Assembly (NCBI GenBank): GCA_016213935.1
Contig: JACQZG010000011.1
Location: 805-64,804 of the forward strand
Source of the DNA: Nitrospirota bacterium
GTDB lineage: Bacteria > Nitrospirota > Thermodesulfovibrionia > UBA6902
Length of the DNA stretch: 64,000 nucleotides
Direction of reading: 5' to 3'
Within the stretch, counting starts at the first letter, position 1. Every line of letters starts with the position of its first letter. The notes beneath the pieces are model-generated. The model was given only the letters and a program-made list of their open reading frames with translations. It did no database searches and was not told the DNA's origin. The position numbers were made by a program, and so were the translations under genes. Positions 28,525 through 37,139 of this stretch are shown here, in pieces.

Positions 28525-29276
28525 TGCTTTCCGTAGCCATAATCACATATAACGAAGAAGAGAATATCAGAGAGGCGCTTGAGAGCGTGAAGTGGGCTGA
28601 CGAGATAATTGTTGTCGATTCTTTCAGCACTGATAACACCACTGATATATGCAGGGAATACACGAATAAGGTATATCTCAGGGAGTGGCCCGGATTTGCC
28701 GCGCAAAAGAATAACGCAATCAGCCTGACAACTCAGCCCTGGGTGCTTATCCTCGATTCTGATGAACGGGTTTCACAAGACCTGAAAGCCGAGATTATCA
28801 AAGCTATGACAGGCCATGACGCGGCTGACGGCTATTACATCCCCCGCAAGAATTTCTTCTCAGGCAGATGGATCCGGCACGGAGGATGGTGGCCGGATTT
28901 CACTCTGCGCCTCTTTAAGAGGGAAAAAGGCGGCATACCTGAGAGAAAGGTTCACGAGGCGATACAGGTGAACGGCAAGACCGCGTATCTTGAGAACCCG
29001 ATAATACACTATACCTACAAAAATATTGATGACTTCAGGAAGAGGATGGAAAAGTATTCAAGCCTCGCGGCAGAAGAGCTCAGCAAATCAGGTAAGAGCC
29101 CTTCCATCTTAAACCTGATTCTCAGGCCGCCGGCAACATTCATAAGAATGTATCTTATCCGCTTAGGCATATTGGACGGCCTTTATGGCATAATATTAGC
29201 CTGGCTGTACTCTGTTTATACCTTCAAAAAATATTACAAATTCAGGAAACTTCTGAAAGGCGGGAGAGATAAATGA
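28521..29276 (+). CDS. family 2 glycosyltransferase (LPS core type)
   Basis: LSVAIITYNEEENI...IIVVDSFSTDNT...LDSDE (DxD) pattern. Confidence 0.8.
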   Translation: MMLSVAIITYNEEENIREALESVKWADEIIVVDSFSTDNTTDICREYTNKVYLREWPGFAAQKNNAISLTTQPWVLILDSDERVSQDLKAEIIKAMTGHDAADGYYIPRKNFFSGRWIRHGGWWPDFTLRLFKREKGGIPERKVHEAIQVNGKTAYLENPIIHYTYKNIDDFRKRMEKYSSLAAEELSKSGKSPSILNLILRPPATFIRMYLIRLGILDGLYGIILAWLYSVYTFKKYYKFRKLLKGGRDK

Positions 29277-30574
29277 ACATAGCGATTATCGGCACGGGAT
29301 ATGTCGGGCTCATAACAGGAGCCTGTTTTGCCGAGTTCGGCTTCAATGTCACCTGCGTTGACAATGACGAAAACAAGATAAAACTCCTTAAAAAAGGAAA
29401 TGTCCCTTTTTATGAACCCGGCCTTGAAGAGCTTCTCCATAAAAACATCAAGGCAAAAAGGATAAGCTTCACCTCGGACACCGCAAAGGCTGTAGAGTCT
29501 TCCCTTGTCATATTCATAGCAGTGGGCACGCCGCCGCGCGGCGACGGCTCCGCTGACATGAAGCATGTAGAGGATGTAGCGAGGGAGATCTCAAAGCATA
29601 TCACCAGCTACAAGGTCATCGTCACAAAGAGCACTGTCCCGGTGGGAACAGGAGAGAGGCTCAAAAAAATAATCTCCGCAAATCTGAGGGAGCATACGGA
29701 TTTTGACATAGCCTCCAATCCCGAGTTCCTGCGCGAGGGCGCCGGCATCGAAGACTTCATGCGCCCCAACAGAGTGGTCATCGGCACATCAAGCGGCAAA
29801 GCCGCCTCAATAATGAGAGACCTTTACAAGCCGCTGAACCTGATCGAGGTGCCGATAGTAATGACCGATGTGAGGACAGCAGAGCTGATTAAATACGCGT
29901 CGAACGCGTTTCTCGCTACCAAGATATCTTATATCAATGAACTGAGCAGGCTCTGCGAAGCGGCAAATGCCGATGTCCAGACTGTCGCGAAGGCTATGGG
30001 GCTCGACAGGCGCATAGGGCCAAAATTTCTTCACGCTGGGCCTGGATACGGAGGGTCATGCTTTCCGAAAGACACGCTTGCAATCCTCCAGATAGCAAAA
30101 GAGCATGGGGTTGAACTTGGATTAATCAATGCCGTTGTAAAAGCGAATGAAGACCAGAAAGAGTGGGCGGTAACCAAGATAAAGAAGTCAATGGGAAGTG
30201 TCAAGGGCAAGACGATATGCGTTCTCGGCCTCTCTTTCAAGCCGAATACTAATGATATCAGGGAAGCTCCGTCTCTTTTCATTATTAAGAAGCTCATGAA
30301 GGCCGGTGCGGAAGTAAGGGTATTTGATCCGGTGGCAATGGAAGACGCAAAGGAAATTCTTTCCGGAATAACATACTGTAAAAATGAATATGCCGCGGTA
30401 AAGGGGTCTGATGCGGTGGTTATTGTCACTGAATGGAACCAGTTCAGGAATCTTGACCTTAACAAGATGAAGAAACTCGCGAAAGGAGATTTCTTCTTCG
30501 ATCTGAGAAACATATATGACCCTGAGAAAGCAAGAAAAGCCGGGTTTAAATACCACTCCGTAGGCAGGGCATAA
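29273..30574 (+). CDS. ugd: UDP-glucose 6-dehydrogenase
   Basis: IAIIGTGYVGLITGACFAE Rossmann start and catalytic Cys context GYGGSCFPKD. Confidence 0.9.
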   Translation: MNIAIIGTGYVGLITGACFAEFGFNVTCVDNDENKIKLLKKGNVPFYEPGLEELLHKNIKAKRISFTSDTAKAVESSLVIFIAVGTPPRGDGSADMKHVEDVAREISKHITSYKVIVTKSTVPVGTGERLKKIISANLREHTDFDIASNPEFLREGAGIEDFMRPNRVVIGTSSGKAASIMRDLYKPLNLIEVPIVMTDVRTAELIKYASNAFLATKISYINELSRLCEAANADVQTVAKAMGLDRRIGPKFLHAGPGYGGSCFPKDTLAILQIAKEHGVELGLINAVVKANEDQKEWAVTKIKKSMGSVKGKTICVLGLSFKPNTNDIREAPSLFIIKKLMKAGAEVRVFDPVAMEDAKEILSGITYCKNEYAAVKGSDAVVIVTEWNQFRNLDLNKMKKLAKGDFFFDLRNIYDPEKARKAGFKYHSVGRA

Positions 30575-30578
30575 AGGT

Positions 30579-30839
30579 ATGGATAAAGATTTTGATAAAG
30601 AGCTTTCAAAAAAATACTGCCCCAGATTCGGAATGATAGCTGTCAGCAAAGGCTTTACAACGCCGGAGCAGCTGAAAAAGGCGATAGCTATCCAGATCGA
30701 GGATGACCTCTCAGGCAAAAAGCACCGGCTCATAGGCAGGATTTTTTTTGAAGAGGGCTGGATGACTCCGGCACAGATCGAAACGGTCCTGAACGAACTC
30801 TTCAGCAAGGAGAGGGAGAGAAGCAAAGAAGGCGGGTAA
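30579..30839 (+). CDS. small protein with two MshEN/T2SSE_N-like helical motifs (candidate c-di-GMP receptor)
   Basis: Residues 16-39, RFGMIAVSKGFTTPEQLKKAIAIQ, match RLGxxhhxxGhhxxxxLxxxLxxQ in register. Residues 50-74, RLIGRIFFEEGWMTPAQIETVLNEL, form a second, looser copy. The gene starts 4 nt after the ugd stop. Confidence 0.45.
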   Translation: MDKDFDKELSKKYCPRFGMIAVSKGFTTPEQLKKAIAIQIEDDLSGKKHRLIGRIFFEEGWMTPAQIETVLNELFSKERERSKEGG

Positions 30840-30873
30840 TCATTCGCGGCAGACTTTTTCTCTAAGGCTCTCT

Positions 30874-31896
30874 TCAGCTTTCAGAACGGCTTATCCCGGC
30901 GGCCTCGACCCTGTTCCTTCCGCTCTCTTTTGCTTGATAAAGGGCCTTGTCCGCGACATCAATCAATTCCTTGTATTCGATATCAGGATCATCAGGCTCA
31001 TAAAAACAAAAGCCGATGCTGACCGTGATCTTTATGCCTTCGAAATCATTCTTCTCAACGGATCTCCTGAGCCTTTCGGCAACCTCAAGGGCATGCTGCT
31101 TCGATATATAAGGGAGGATCACCGCAAACTCCTCCCCTCCGTACCTCGCGACGATATCGCTCAGCCTTGTACTGCTTTTAAGAATCGCCCCCATGCCCTT
31201 AAGCACCATGTCGCCGGCGAGATGGCCGTGGGTATCATTAACCTTTTTGAAAAAATCAATATCTATCATGAGCAGAACGAGGTTATGCCTGTACCTCTTT
31301 GCCCTTTCCAATTCTTCGCTCAGCCTCAGCTCGAAAAATTTATGATGATAAAGGCCGGTAAGGCCGTCAGTTATGGAATCCTTGTATAAAAAAGCGTTCT
31401 CTATCGCGACCGCCACTTGATTCGCGAGCGCGAAAAGGATGACCATATCATCCTGGTCAAAATCCCCGCCAATCTTGTTTATCGCCTGCAGAACGCCTAT
31501 AATTCTCTCCTTTGACCTGACAGGAACGCAGACCATGTTCTTTGTGATGAATCCGGTCTTCTCGTCAGCCCCCTTGTAAAAACGAGGGTCTGAAGCGATG
31601 TCATTTATTATGACGGGCTCGTCATTTTCTGCCACCCAGCCCGCAACGCCTAAGCCCCTGGCAAGCCTTATGGATTTCACCCTGTCGCCCTTCTCACCGA
31701 GAGCAACCTCGAAAAAGAGTTCACCTGTCTCATTGTCGATCAGGAGAAGGCTTCCTGCCTCGGCATTGAGCAGGCTTGTCGCCGCTTCTATCGCCCTCTT
31801 TCTGATGACAACGGGGGAAAGTGTTGAGTTGATGAGCGCCGCCATCTCGATGAGGGCGTCGAGCTGCCTGATTTTGGTCTTATCCTGTTCCGGCAT
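30874..31896 (-). CDS. GAF-domain diguanylate cyclase (GGDEF)
   Basis: Active site RYGGEEFAVILP with I-site RLSD five residues upstream; N-terminal GAF region (GVAGWVAENDEPVIINDI). Confidence 0.9.
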   Translation of the reverse strand: MPEQDKTKIRQLDALIEMAALINSTLSPVVIRKRAIEAATSLLNAEAGSLLLIDNETGELFFEVALGEKGDRVKSIRLARGLGVAGWVAENDEPVIINDIASDPRFYKGADEKTGFITKNMVCVPVRSKERIIGVLQAINKIGGDFDQDDMVILFALANQVAVAIENAFLYKDSITDGLTGLYHHKFFELRLSEELERAKRYRHNLVLLMIDIDFFKKVNDTHGHLAGDMVLKGMGAILKSSTRLSDIVARYGGEEFAVILPYISKQHALEVAERLRRSVEKNDFEGIKITVSIGFCFYEPDDPDIEYKELIDVADKALYQAKESGRNRVEAAGISRSES

Positions 31897-31983
31897 AACT
31901 CCATTTAAGAATGTCTGATTTGAGAGAACAACCTCTTTACTATATTAAGCCAATCCCGCGTATTTGAAAAGGATAAATATAAC

Positions 31984-32622
31984 TCACCTGCATTTAAGGA
32001 CGACAAGATTCCTGACAATGCCCTCATGCTTCAGCCCGGTCCTGATGACCTCTTTGAAAACCGCGTTTCCCGCGCCTCCCGTTATCTCTTCTTTGGAAAA
32101 ACGCGGCCCTTTGCTTATGACCAGGAGGCCGTCATTTTTAAGATAGGGGCACGCCGCCTTTATGAATTCCGCGATATCGAATGTAGCCCTTGAGGCGATG
32201 ACGTCAAAATACTTATGAAAATCTCCGCCTATCTCCTCAGCCCTCTTCTGCAGGACTTCTATTTCAGAAAGTCCGAGTTCCCTTATGATATGCCTGAGAA
32301 AGGCTGACTTCTTCCGTGAAGACTCGACAAGCGTCATCTTTATCTCAGGCCTCATGATTTTTATTGGCACGCCGGGGAAGCCGGCGCCGCTTCCGATATC
32401 CGCAATATGTAACTTTCCCGCCGGAAGCGCCTTTAAATAGAGGAGGGAATCGAGAAAATGTTTGACGATTATATCCTCATCCGTCTTAAGCGCGGTGAGA
32501 TTATACGCCCTCCTCCACTTTTTTAATTCAGACAGGAAGGTCAGAAAAACGTCTATCTCTTTTTTTGAGTGAGTGAGGCGGAGTTCCTCCAGTCCCTTTA
32601 TTAGAAGTTCTTCTGAATTCAT
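31984..32622 (-). CDS. rsmG: 16S rRNA (guanine527-N7)-methyltransferase
   Basis: IADIGSGAGFPGVPIKI SAM motif; 212 aa; GidB-like. Confidence 0.9.
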   Translation of the reverse strand: MNSEELLIKGLEELRLTHSKKEIDVFLTFLSELKKWRRAYNLTALKTDEDIIVKHFLDSLLYLKALPAGKLHIADIGSGAGFPGVPIKIMRPEIKMTLVESSRKKSAFLRHIIRELGLSEIEVLQKRAEEIGGDFHKYFDVIASRATFDIAEFIKAACPYLKNDGLLVISKGPRFSKEEITGGAGNAVFKEVIRTGLKHEGIVRNLVVLKCR

Positions 32623-32632
32623 AGAAGAAAAA

Positions 32633-32989
32633 TTACATCTTTATCAAAAGCCACTGCTTGTCTTTCAGGTGCACAAGGCTGTAATCGCCTTTGAGCCGTT
32701 TGCCCTTCAGTTTAAAGAGTATCCTCTTGTCAGTTTCGGATTCAAGCTCATAAATTCCGCTGTCAAATATCTTGACTGTGCCCGCTCCGTATTGGCCTTC
32801 CGGGATAGTCCCTTCAAAATCAATGTAATCAAGCCTGTGGTCTTCAACCTGGATCGCAAGACGTTTGACGCCCTTTTTATCAGGCACGCCTTTCGGCACA
32901 GCCCAGCTTTTCAATACGCCGTCTTTCTCAAGCCTGAAATCATAGTGCAGATGCGTTGCATAATGTTCATGGATGACAAAGCGGCTCAT
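32633..32989 (-). CDS. stand-alone LigD-type 3'-phosphoesterase (PE) domain protein
   Basis: FVIHEHYATHLHYDFRLEKDGVLKSWAVPKG...VEDHRLDYIDFEGTIPEGQYGAGTV matches the LigD PE/LigD_N signature almost residue for residue, as I recall it. Confidence 0.85.
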   Translation of the reverse strand: MSRFVIHEHYATHLHYDFRLEKDGVLKSWAVPKGVPDKKGVKRLAIQVEDHRLDYIDFEGTIPEGQYGAGTVKIFDSGIYELESETDKRILFKLKGKRLKGDYSLVHLKDKQWLLIKM

Positions 32990-33696
32990 TTTACCGTACC
33001 GACATGCACTGCCGCGATGCCGAGGGTTAATTTGTAATATTTGACATCTGCAAGCCCGGTCCCTTCCATCGTCTTTTTAAGCTCATCAGGCGACGGGAAG
33101 GCGAGCATGGATTCCGGCAGGTATTTATACGCGCCTCTTTTGCCTGAGACAACCTCACCTATAAATGGAATGACCTTTGATATGTAAAAACGGTAAAGCG
33201 GTTTGATGAGAGGATGCTGTATGGTTGTGAATTCAAGAATCACAACCCTGCCGCCCCTCTTAACAACCCTGCCCATCTCACTGACGCCCTTTTTATAATC
33301 TTGAACATTCCTGATGCCGAACGCAATTATCGAGCCGTCAAAAGTATTATCTCCGAACGGCAGGGCTGTCGCGTCGCCAAAATCAAGGCTGATCCTGTCG
33401 CTGAGTCCGGCATTGCTCACCTTCTCGTTACCGACATCGAGCATGCCCTCGCTGAAATCAACGCCATTCACCTTTGAGCCGGGAATCCTTTTGACTATCT
33501 CCAACGCGACATCGCCCGTGCCTGTTGCGACGTCAAGGTAACGCGCGTTATCGGATTTCGGAAGCTGGTTTATCGCAAACCTCCTCCAGCATTTGTCTAT
33601 GCCAAGGCTCAGCACCATGTTCAGAAAGTCATAGCGGTGAGCTATCGTCGTGAACATCGTCTGTATCTTTAGAGGGTCTTTTTCTGAACTGTCCAT
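32986..33696 (-). CDS. ubiE: demethylmenaquinone/ubiquinone C-methyltransferase
   Basis: TMFTTIAHRYDFLN, SAM motif YLDVATGTGDVAL, FGIRNV. The start is taken at MDSSEKD (33696), because the longer track ORF (to 33777) would overlap the Fic gene. Confidence 0.88.
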   Translation of the reverse strand: MDSSEKDPLKIQTMFTTIAHRYDFLNMVLSLGIDKCWRRFAINQLPKSDNARYLDVATGTGDVALEIVKRIPGSKVNGVDFSEGMLDVGNEKVSNAGLSDRISLDFGDATALPFGDNTFDGSIIAFGIRNVQDYKKGVSEMGRVVKRGGRVVILEFTTIQHPLIKPLYRFYISKVIPFIGEVVSGKRGAYKYLPESMLAFPSPDELKKTMEGTGLADVKYYKLTLGIAAVHVGTVK

Positions 33697-33737
33697 TTTA
33701 GTTATATTAACACCCCCAACCCCTCTGAAATTACCAT

Positions 33738-34955
33738 CTATCTCGTCAACGTCGGATACAACTCGGGAAAAAACCATCCTGCCGCATGGATAGGAAACCC
33801 CAACCTGACCTCTCCCTTCGGCGTATCCGAAACAAGCAATCCCTCTTCAAGAAGTATTCCCAGCAGGCTTCGTCCCGTGCGTTCCTTCAACCCTGAAGCC
33901 CGTATGACATCACCCCGCGTCGAGACACCGTGTATCAGTACCTCCTGAAGCATTCCGGATGCCTCGGGACGGAGAGGGTGTTTTTCGCCCGTTGAACCGG
34001 GAACCATGCCCCTGTTTCTAAGGTCAACATAGTGCTTTATACGCTGAATGAGTTCTTCGAGCTTCAGCAGGTCACCCATATATTCCACCTGGTCAAGGCA
34101 GACTTCCAGAAAAAACCGGCAGAACCTTATCAGCCCTTCATTCGACAGATTTCCTCTGCCATCGAGATCATTGCGCCGTGGAGCATCGGCCCAGGTGAGC
34201 GCAGCCTTATAATCAGCGTTACGTCGGGCAAGACCGCGGCTCACTGACCAGAGGCCGTAGCCGAATACGGGAATCCGATGGAAATATGCCTCGGTGAATA
34301 GACGAGCCACCCGGCCGTTGCCGTCAATGAAAGGATGTATCCACATGAATCGATGATGGGCGGCCGCTGCTGCAACGAGCTTTGCCGCGCCGTGATGGCG
34401 GTCCGGCGCATAAAATTCTCCGAATCGATCGAGCAGATCGCCCAGAGAACTGCTTTTCGGCGGAATGTGTCGTCCGACTTTTACCGCTTCTTTGCGAAAC
34501 TCGCCCGGCACAACCCGGCTCTCACGGCCTGTGTCAGGATCCTTCACAATCAGAAACTCCCCGGGCAATTGGTTGTAAAATTCCCGGTGTATATAACAAA
34601 GGAATTCCTGACCCGCAATATTTGACTCTGGCTCGTCCTGTAATCTTTTTTCCATGTCTCTTTGAACAGTGATATGAGCAACACTCTCCAACTGCAGATT
34701 ACGTTTTGCCGGTTCAGTATCATATTTCCTCTGCATTGCGCGGACAATGTCATATGGATGTGTGTTATGGCCTTCAATCAGATTGGAATAATAACTGTTA
34801 ATTATCCGGAGCAATTCCTGGAGCGAACGGAGCGTGACAGAATGCTGCCGGCTGCCAAGGGCCGCTGACTTCTGGATTACAGACAAGGCAAGGTCGTGAA
34901 GCTCCTCTGCATTTTCAGGATAAAGAGGCGTCATTTTATTTATTTCTGAAGTCAT
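33738..34955 (-). CDS. Fic family protein (class II, intramolecular inhibitory helix) with a C-terminal winged-helix-like region
   Basis: Fic motif HPFIDGNGRVARL; N-terminal inhibitory motif SNLIEG, i.e. (S/T)xxxE(G/N). Confidence 0.9.
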   Translation of the reverse strand: MTSEINKMTPLYPENAEELHDLALSVIQKSAALGSRQHSVTLRSLQELLRIINSYYSNLIEGHNTHPYDIVRAMQRKYDTEPAKRNLQLESVAHITVQRDMEKRLQDEPESNIAGQEFLCYIHREFYNQLPGEFLIVKDPDTGRESRVVPGEFRKEAVKVGRHIPPKSSSLGDLLDRFGEFYAPDRHHGAAKLVAAAAAHHRFMWIHPFIDGNGRVARLFTEAYFHRIPVFGYGLWSVSRGLARRNADYKAALTWADAPRRNDLDGRGNLSNEGLIRFCRFFLEVCLDQVEYMGDLLKLEELIQRIKHYVDLRNRGMVPGSTGEKHPLRPEASGMLQEVLIHGVSTRGDVIRASGLKERTGRSLLGILLEEGLLVSDTPKGEVRLGFPIHAAGWFFPELYPTLTR

Positions 34956-35007
34956 CTCAGTCTATTATTGCCGATTTAATTACCTGTTTATTATCCTTAA
35001 TAAATAT

Positions 35008-35036
35008 ATATTAAACAATTAGTTATTGTAAGTCAA
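35008..35036 (-). promoter_or_regulatory. candidate sigma70 promoter of the Fic gene
   Basis: Minus strand TTGACT (35036..35031), 17 nt, TAATAT (35013..35008), in an AT-rich tract. Confidence 0.35.
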
Positions 35037-35387
35037 TAGATAAATAATGTATACAGTATTGCCGATATATATGCCGATTATTGACAAGCCTTAAGCCGGC
35101 CTTTCTTAAAGGTATCAAAGACCGTGGAGAAAACCATCAAAAGTTTTAAGAGTCCCTGTTCGTTCAGTCTCCGGTTCACAGCCTCATCTTCTGTGAGGCG
35201 GCCGCCAATGGCAGTGAGGAAATGGAGTTATTTAACGGCGTGAAATGAGTTTAAATACCGGTGACGGCATGTCAAATAAGATATCTTTTCAACTTGCCGG
35301 TTTATTGATAAAAAATTCTCGATCGAAGAAGTTCTATCTCCCCTCCTTGCCGGAAGGCGCGGCAGAGAATCTATAATTAGCAGCCGG

Positions 35388-35419
35388 CCCAGATTCTTCA
35401 CTTTGTTCAGAATGACACC
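35388..35419 (-). repeat. copy of the TGTCAT-type repeat (minus orientation)
   Basis: The minus strand reads ggtgtcattctgaacaaagtgaagaatctggg, similar to cgtcatttcgggacgaagaatc at 2902. Confidence 0.5.
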
Positions 35420-35496
35420 TGAAAGGATTTTTTTCGGCGGACTGACAGAGAAAAGCGTTTGAAAGATACTCTCTCTATAGCGTATCATTAGTAGTT

Positions 35497-36510
35497 ATGT
35501 TTAAGAGCTTCAGCACAACAGGCATCGGCAGCCTTCCTCATACAGACCCCGCAACGGCATGCGATATCGTTTTAACTCACGTGGATATGCCTTTTTGGCC
35601 GCAGCTTCCGCACAGGAGTTTCCTTGAACTGATGACTCCGCAGTATTTAGAGGGCTTCCCGTTCGTAAAAATCGAGGGGGAGCATATACATGTGAAAAAA
35701 GCTGAGGAAGATGAACTGACAAGATTCCATGAGGCCGTCGCAAGCGGAGCAGGTTTCCCCATATCAGAAGAACGCGCCGCGGGCTTCTATGAATTTATAA
35801 ACATCCTTGAGAAGAAGGGGCAGAAGTTCGATACCCTGAAAGGGCATATTACAGGGCCTGTAACTTTTACGTTAAGCCTGACAGACGATCAGAAGCGCCC
35901 GATATTTTTTGACGATGAACTGCGCGAGCTTTCGCTTGAACTTTTAAAAGGCAAGGCCGGCTGGCAGATTAAGATGCTTAAGCCTTATGCAGAGAATGTT
36001 CTTATCTTTATTGATGAACCTATACTCTCGGCAATCGGCACATCCGCCTATCTTGGAGTGAGCAATGCCGAGGCTTCAAGGGTGCTCAGGGAGATCGTCA
36101 ACCACATAAAGGCTTGCGGCGGCATAGCCGGAATCCACTGCTGCGGCAAGGCTGACTGGCCGCTGATACTGTCGTCAGGCATTGATGTATTTAATTTTGA
36201 CGCGTATTTCTATTGGGATACGCTAGGAATATATCCTGAAGAGATAAAAGGGTTCATAAACAACGGTGGTTTTATCGCATGGGGAGTTGTTCCAACAAGC
36301 GACATTATAAGGGGCGTTACGCTCGATGGCCTATGTGAACAGCTTGAAAGAGGGCTGACATCTCTTGAAAAGATAGGCGTTCCGCGCGAAAGATTAAGGC
36401 GGCAGTCTTTATTGACTCCGTCATGCGGCACAGGCTCTCTGGAGATTAAGGATGCGCTTAGGGTGTTTTCACTTCTTAAAGAACTAAAGGAGAAATATGC
36501 CGGGCACTAA
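35497..36510 (+). CDS. uncharacterised enzyme, possibly of the cobalamin-independent methionine synthase C-terminal / URO-D-like TIM-barrel superfamily
   Basis: Weak recognition only: N-terminal TGIGSLPH and HCCG/SCGTG cysteine motifs resemble MetE-like Zn proteins. Confidence 0.4.
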   Translation: MFKSFSTTGIGSLPHTDPATACDIVLTHVDMPFWPQLPHRSFLELMTPQYLEGFPFVKIEGEHIHVKKAEEDELTRFHEAVASGAGFPISEERAAGFYEFINILEKKGQKFDTLKGHITGPVTFTLSLTDDQKRPIFFDDELRELSLELLKGKAGWQIKMLKPYAENVLIFIDEPILSAIGTSAYLGVSNAEASRVLREIVNHIKACGGIAGIHCCGKADWPLILSSGIDVFNFDAYFYWDTLGIYPEEIKGFINNGGFIAWGVVPTSDIIRGVTLDGLCEQLERGLTSLEKIGVPRERLRRQSLLTPSCGTGSLEIKDALRVFSLLKELKEKYAGH

Positions 36511-37129
36511 AAGATTCATCACTTTTGAAGGGACAGAAGGCTCAGGCAAGACCACGCAGGTCGGTCTTTTAGCCAAACATCTGAAAGAAGCGGGGCATGA
36601 CGTCCTTCTCACATTCGAGCCCGGAGGGACCGCTATAGGGCAGAAGATACGCGGCCTCCTGCTTGATCCGCAAAATAATATGGACCCGATGACAGAGCTT
36701 CTTCTTTATTACGCGGACAGGGCTCAGCACATAAAGGAGATAATACAGCCCGCGCTTCAGAGCGGCAGTTTTGTCATCTCAGACCGTTTTACAGACTCCA
36801 CGGTCGCTTATCAGGGGTTTGCGCGAGGGTTGAACCTCAATATCATCAACCCCCTGAATGAGATTGTCGTGAGGGAAGCAAAGCCCGCTCTGACATTCGT
36901 GCTCGAGATCGATGTCAAAGAGGGGCTCAGGAGAAACAGGCACGCGAAAAAAGAAGACAGGTTCGAGCTTGAGGATATAGAATTTCATACCCGGGTACGG
37001 GACGGATACAGGCAGATAGCCGAAAGCGACCCGCAAAGGGTAAAGATTATAGACGCATCAAAGAGCCCCGAAGAAGTGAGCAGGGAAATCATTAAAATAA
37101 TCGGGCATGAATTGCTGAAGAATTCATAA
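36497..37129 (+). CDS. tmk: thymidylate kinase
   Basis: ITFEGTEGSGKTTQ P-loop, DRF motif (SDRFTDST). Confidence 0.93.
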   Translation: MPGTKRFITFEGTEGSGKTTQVGLLAKHLKEAGHDVLLTFEPGGTAIGQKIRGLLLDPQNNMDPMTELLLYYADRAQHIKEIIQPALQSGSFVISDRFTDSTVAYQGFARGLNLNIINPLNEIVVREAKPALTFVLEIDVKEGLRRNRHAKKEDRFELEDIEFHTRVRDGYRQIAESDPQRVKIIDASKSPEEVSREIIKIIGHELLKNS

Positions 37130-37139
37130 GTATAACAAG

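Noticed and set aside
35228-35488. 86-aa minus-strand ORF in the Fic / MetE-like spacer
   Set aside because: It reads through repeat copies (GVILNKVKNL from a TGTCAT unit) and has no SD, so it is probably not a gene.
35100-35496. SAM or cobalamin riboswitch upstream of the MetE-like gene
   Set aside because: No B12 box (GCCACUG context) or SAM-I core (GAGGGA...GCAACC) is recognisable on either strand.
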